DNA of 64,000 nt from positions 61,566,001 to 61,630,000 of the forward strand of contig OY740792.1 in the NCBI GenBank assembly GCA_963514005.1. The letters run 5' to 3'. The notes beneath the pieces were generated by a model. It saw only the letters and a program-made list of their open reading frames with translations, was not told the DNA's origin and did no database searches. This stretch comes from Raja brachyura. Lineage: Eukaryota. A program made the position numbers and the translations under genes. Positions 63,441 to 64,000 of this stretch are shown in pieces. Each line of letters begins with the position of its first letter. The stretch's first letter is position 1.

Positions 63441-64000
63441 TCTAAAATCATCAAAGATCCACACCATTCTGGCCACACACTCATTTCACCATTGCCCTCA
63501 GAAAGAAGGTACAGGAGCCTGAAAACTGTAAAGGGCCTGTCCCATCAGCATGCGACTCCATGCGATGAGCGCGACCTAACGTGGTCGCTTGAGCCGTCCG
63601 GCCTCGCGGGGCCGGTCCCACTTCGATCGCCGGAGCCGTATGGAGTTGTGCGGAGCTGGTCCCGACATCGCGCGGAGCTCCGAAAAACTGACACTGTTCA
63701 AAAATGGCCGGGCAACGGCCTGTCAGCCCGCAGTCGCCTCGACGCATTTACGCACCGCCTCGACGTCATGCCGCCGTGACCCTCTCTATATGTGCCTCCG
63801 TGACCCTCTCTGTGTGCCTACATGTCTCTGTCTGTGTCCCTCTCTGTCCTTGCAAACTTACCGCGGACATCACTCCATCGCGCCACTCACCCGACCTCCG
63901 CGCGGCCCCTGCTGCCGGTTTGGTCGCGCTTGCCACATGCAGGTGCATGCTGGTGGGAACGGCCCTGTACGGGGATCACCCGACCTCCGCGCGGCCCCCG

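Overview
Repeat-rich vertebrate genomic DNA, inferred to be elasmobranch (skate/ray/shark) from its HE1-type tRNA-derived SINEs, abundant CR1 LINEs and Penelope-like elements (PLEs). It has four N-gaps. Two multi-exon immunoglobulin-superfamily genes were reconstructed by hand from GT/AG splice sites with consistent phases, and they face each other. (1) On the + strand (about 17.3-25.8 kb) is a non-rearranging receptor: leader, CD28/CD28H(TMIGD2)-type VJ domain, C1-set domain, Cys/Arg-containing TM, and a short tail. (2) On the - strand (56.5 to 43.0 kb) is an HHLA2/B7-H7-like ligand with IgV-IgC-IgV-TM; its leader exon was not found. In mammals TMIGD2 is an HHLA2 receptor and the genes are unlinked, so this may be a physically linked receptor-ligand pair with an antigen-receptor-like V-C1 receptor. 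Mobile DNA includes a near-full-length CR1, a CR1 5'/3' chimera, two decayed DIRS elements, PLE bodies and PLE terminal repeats with minimal hammerhead ribozyme cores, Nimb/I, L1/Tx1, Rex1/Babar and L2-like fragments, hAT and Harbinger-like MITEs, and a U2 snRNA fragment. All family assignments are by motif recognition only; no searches were run, and repeat boundaries are approximate.
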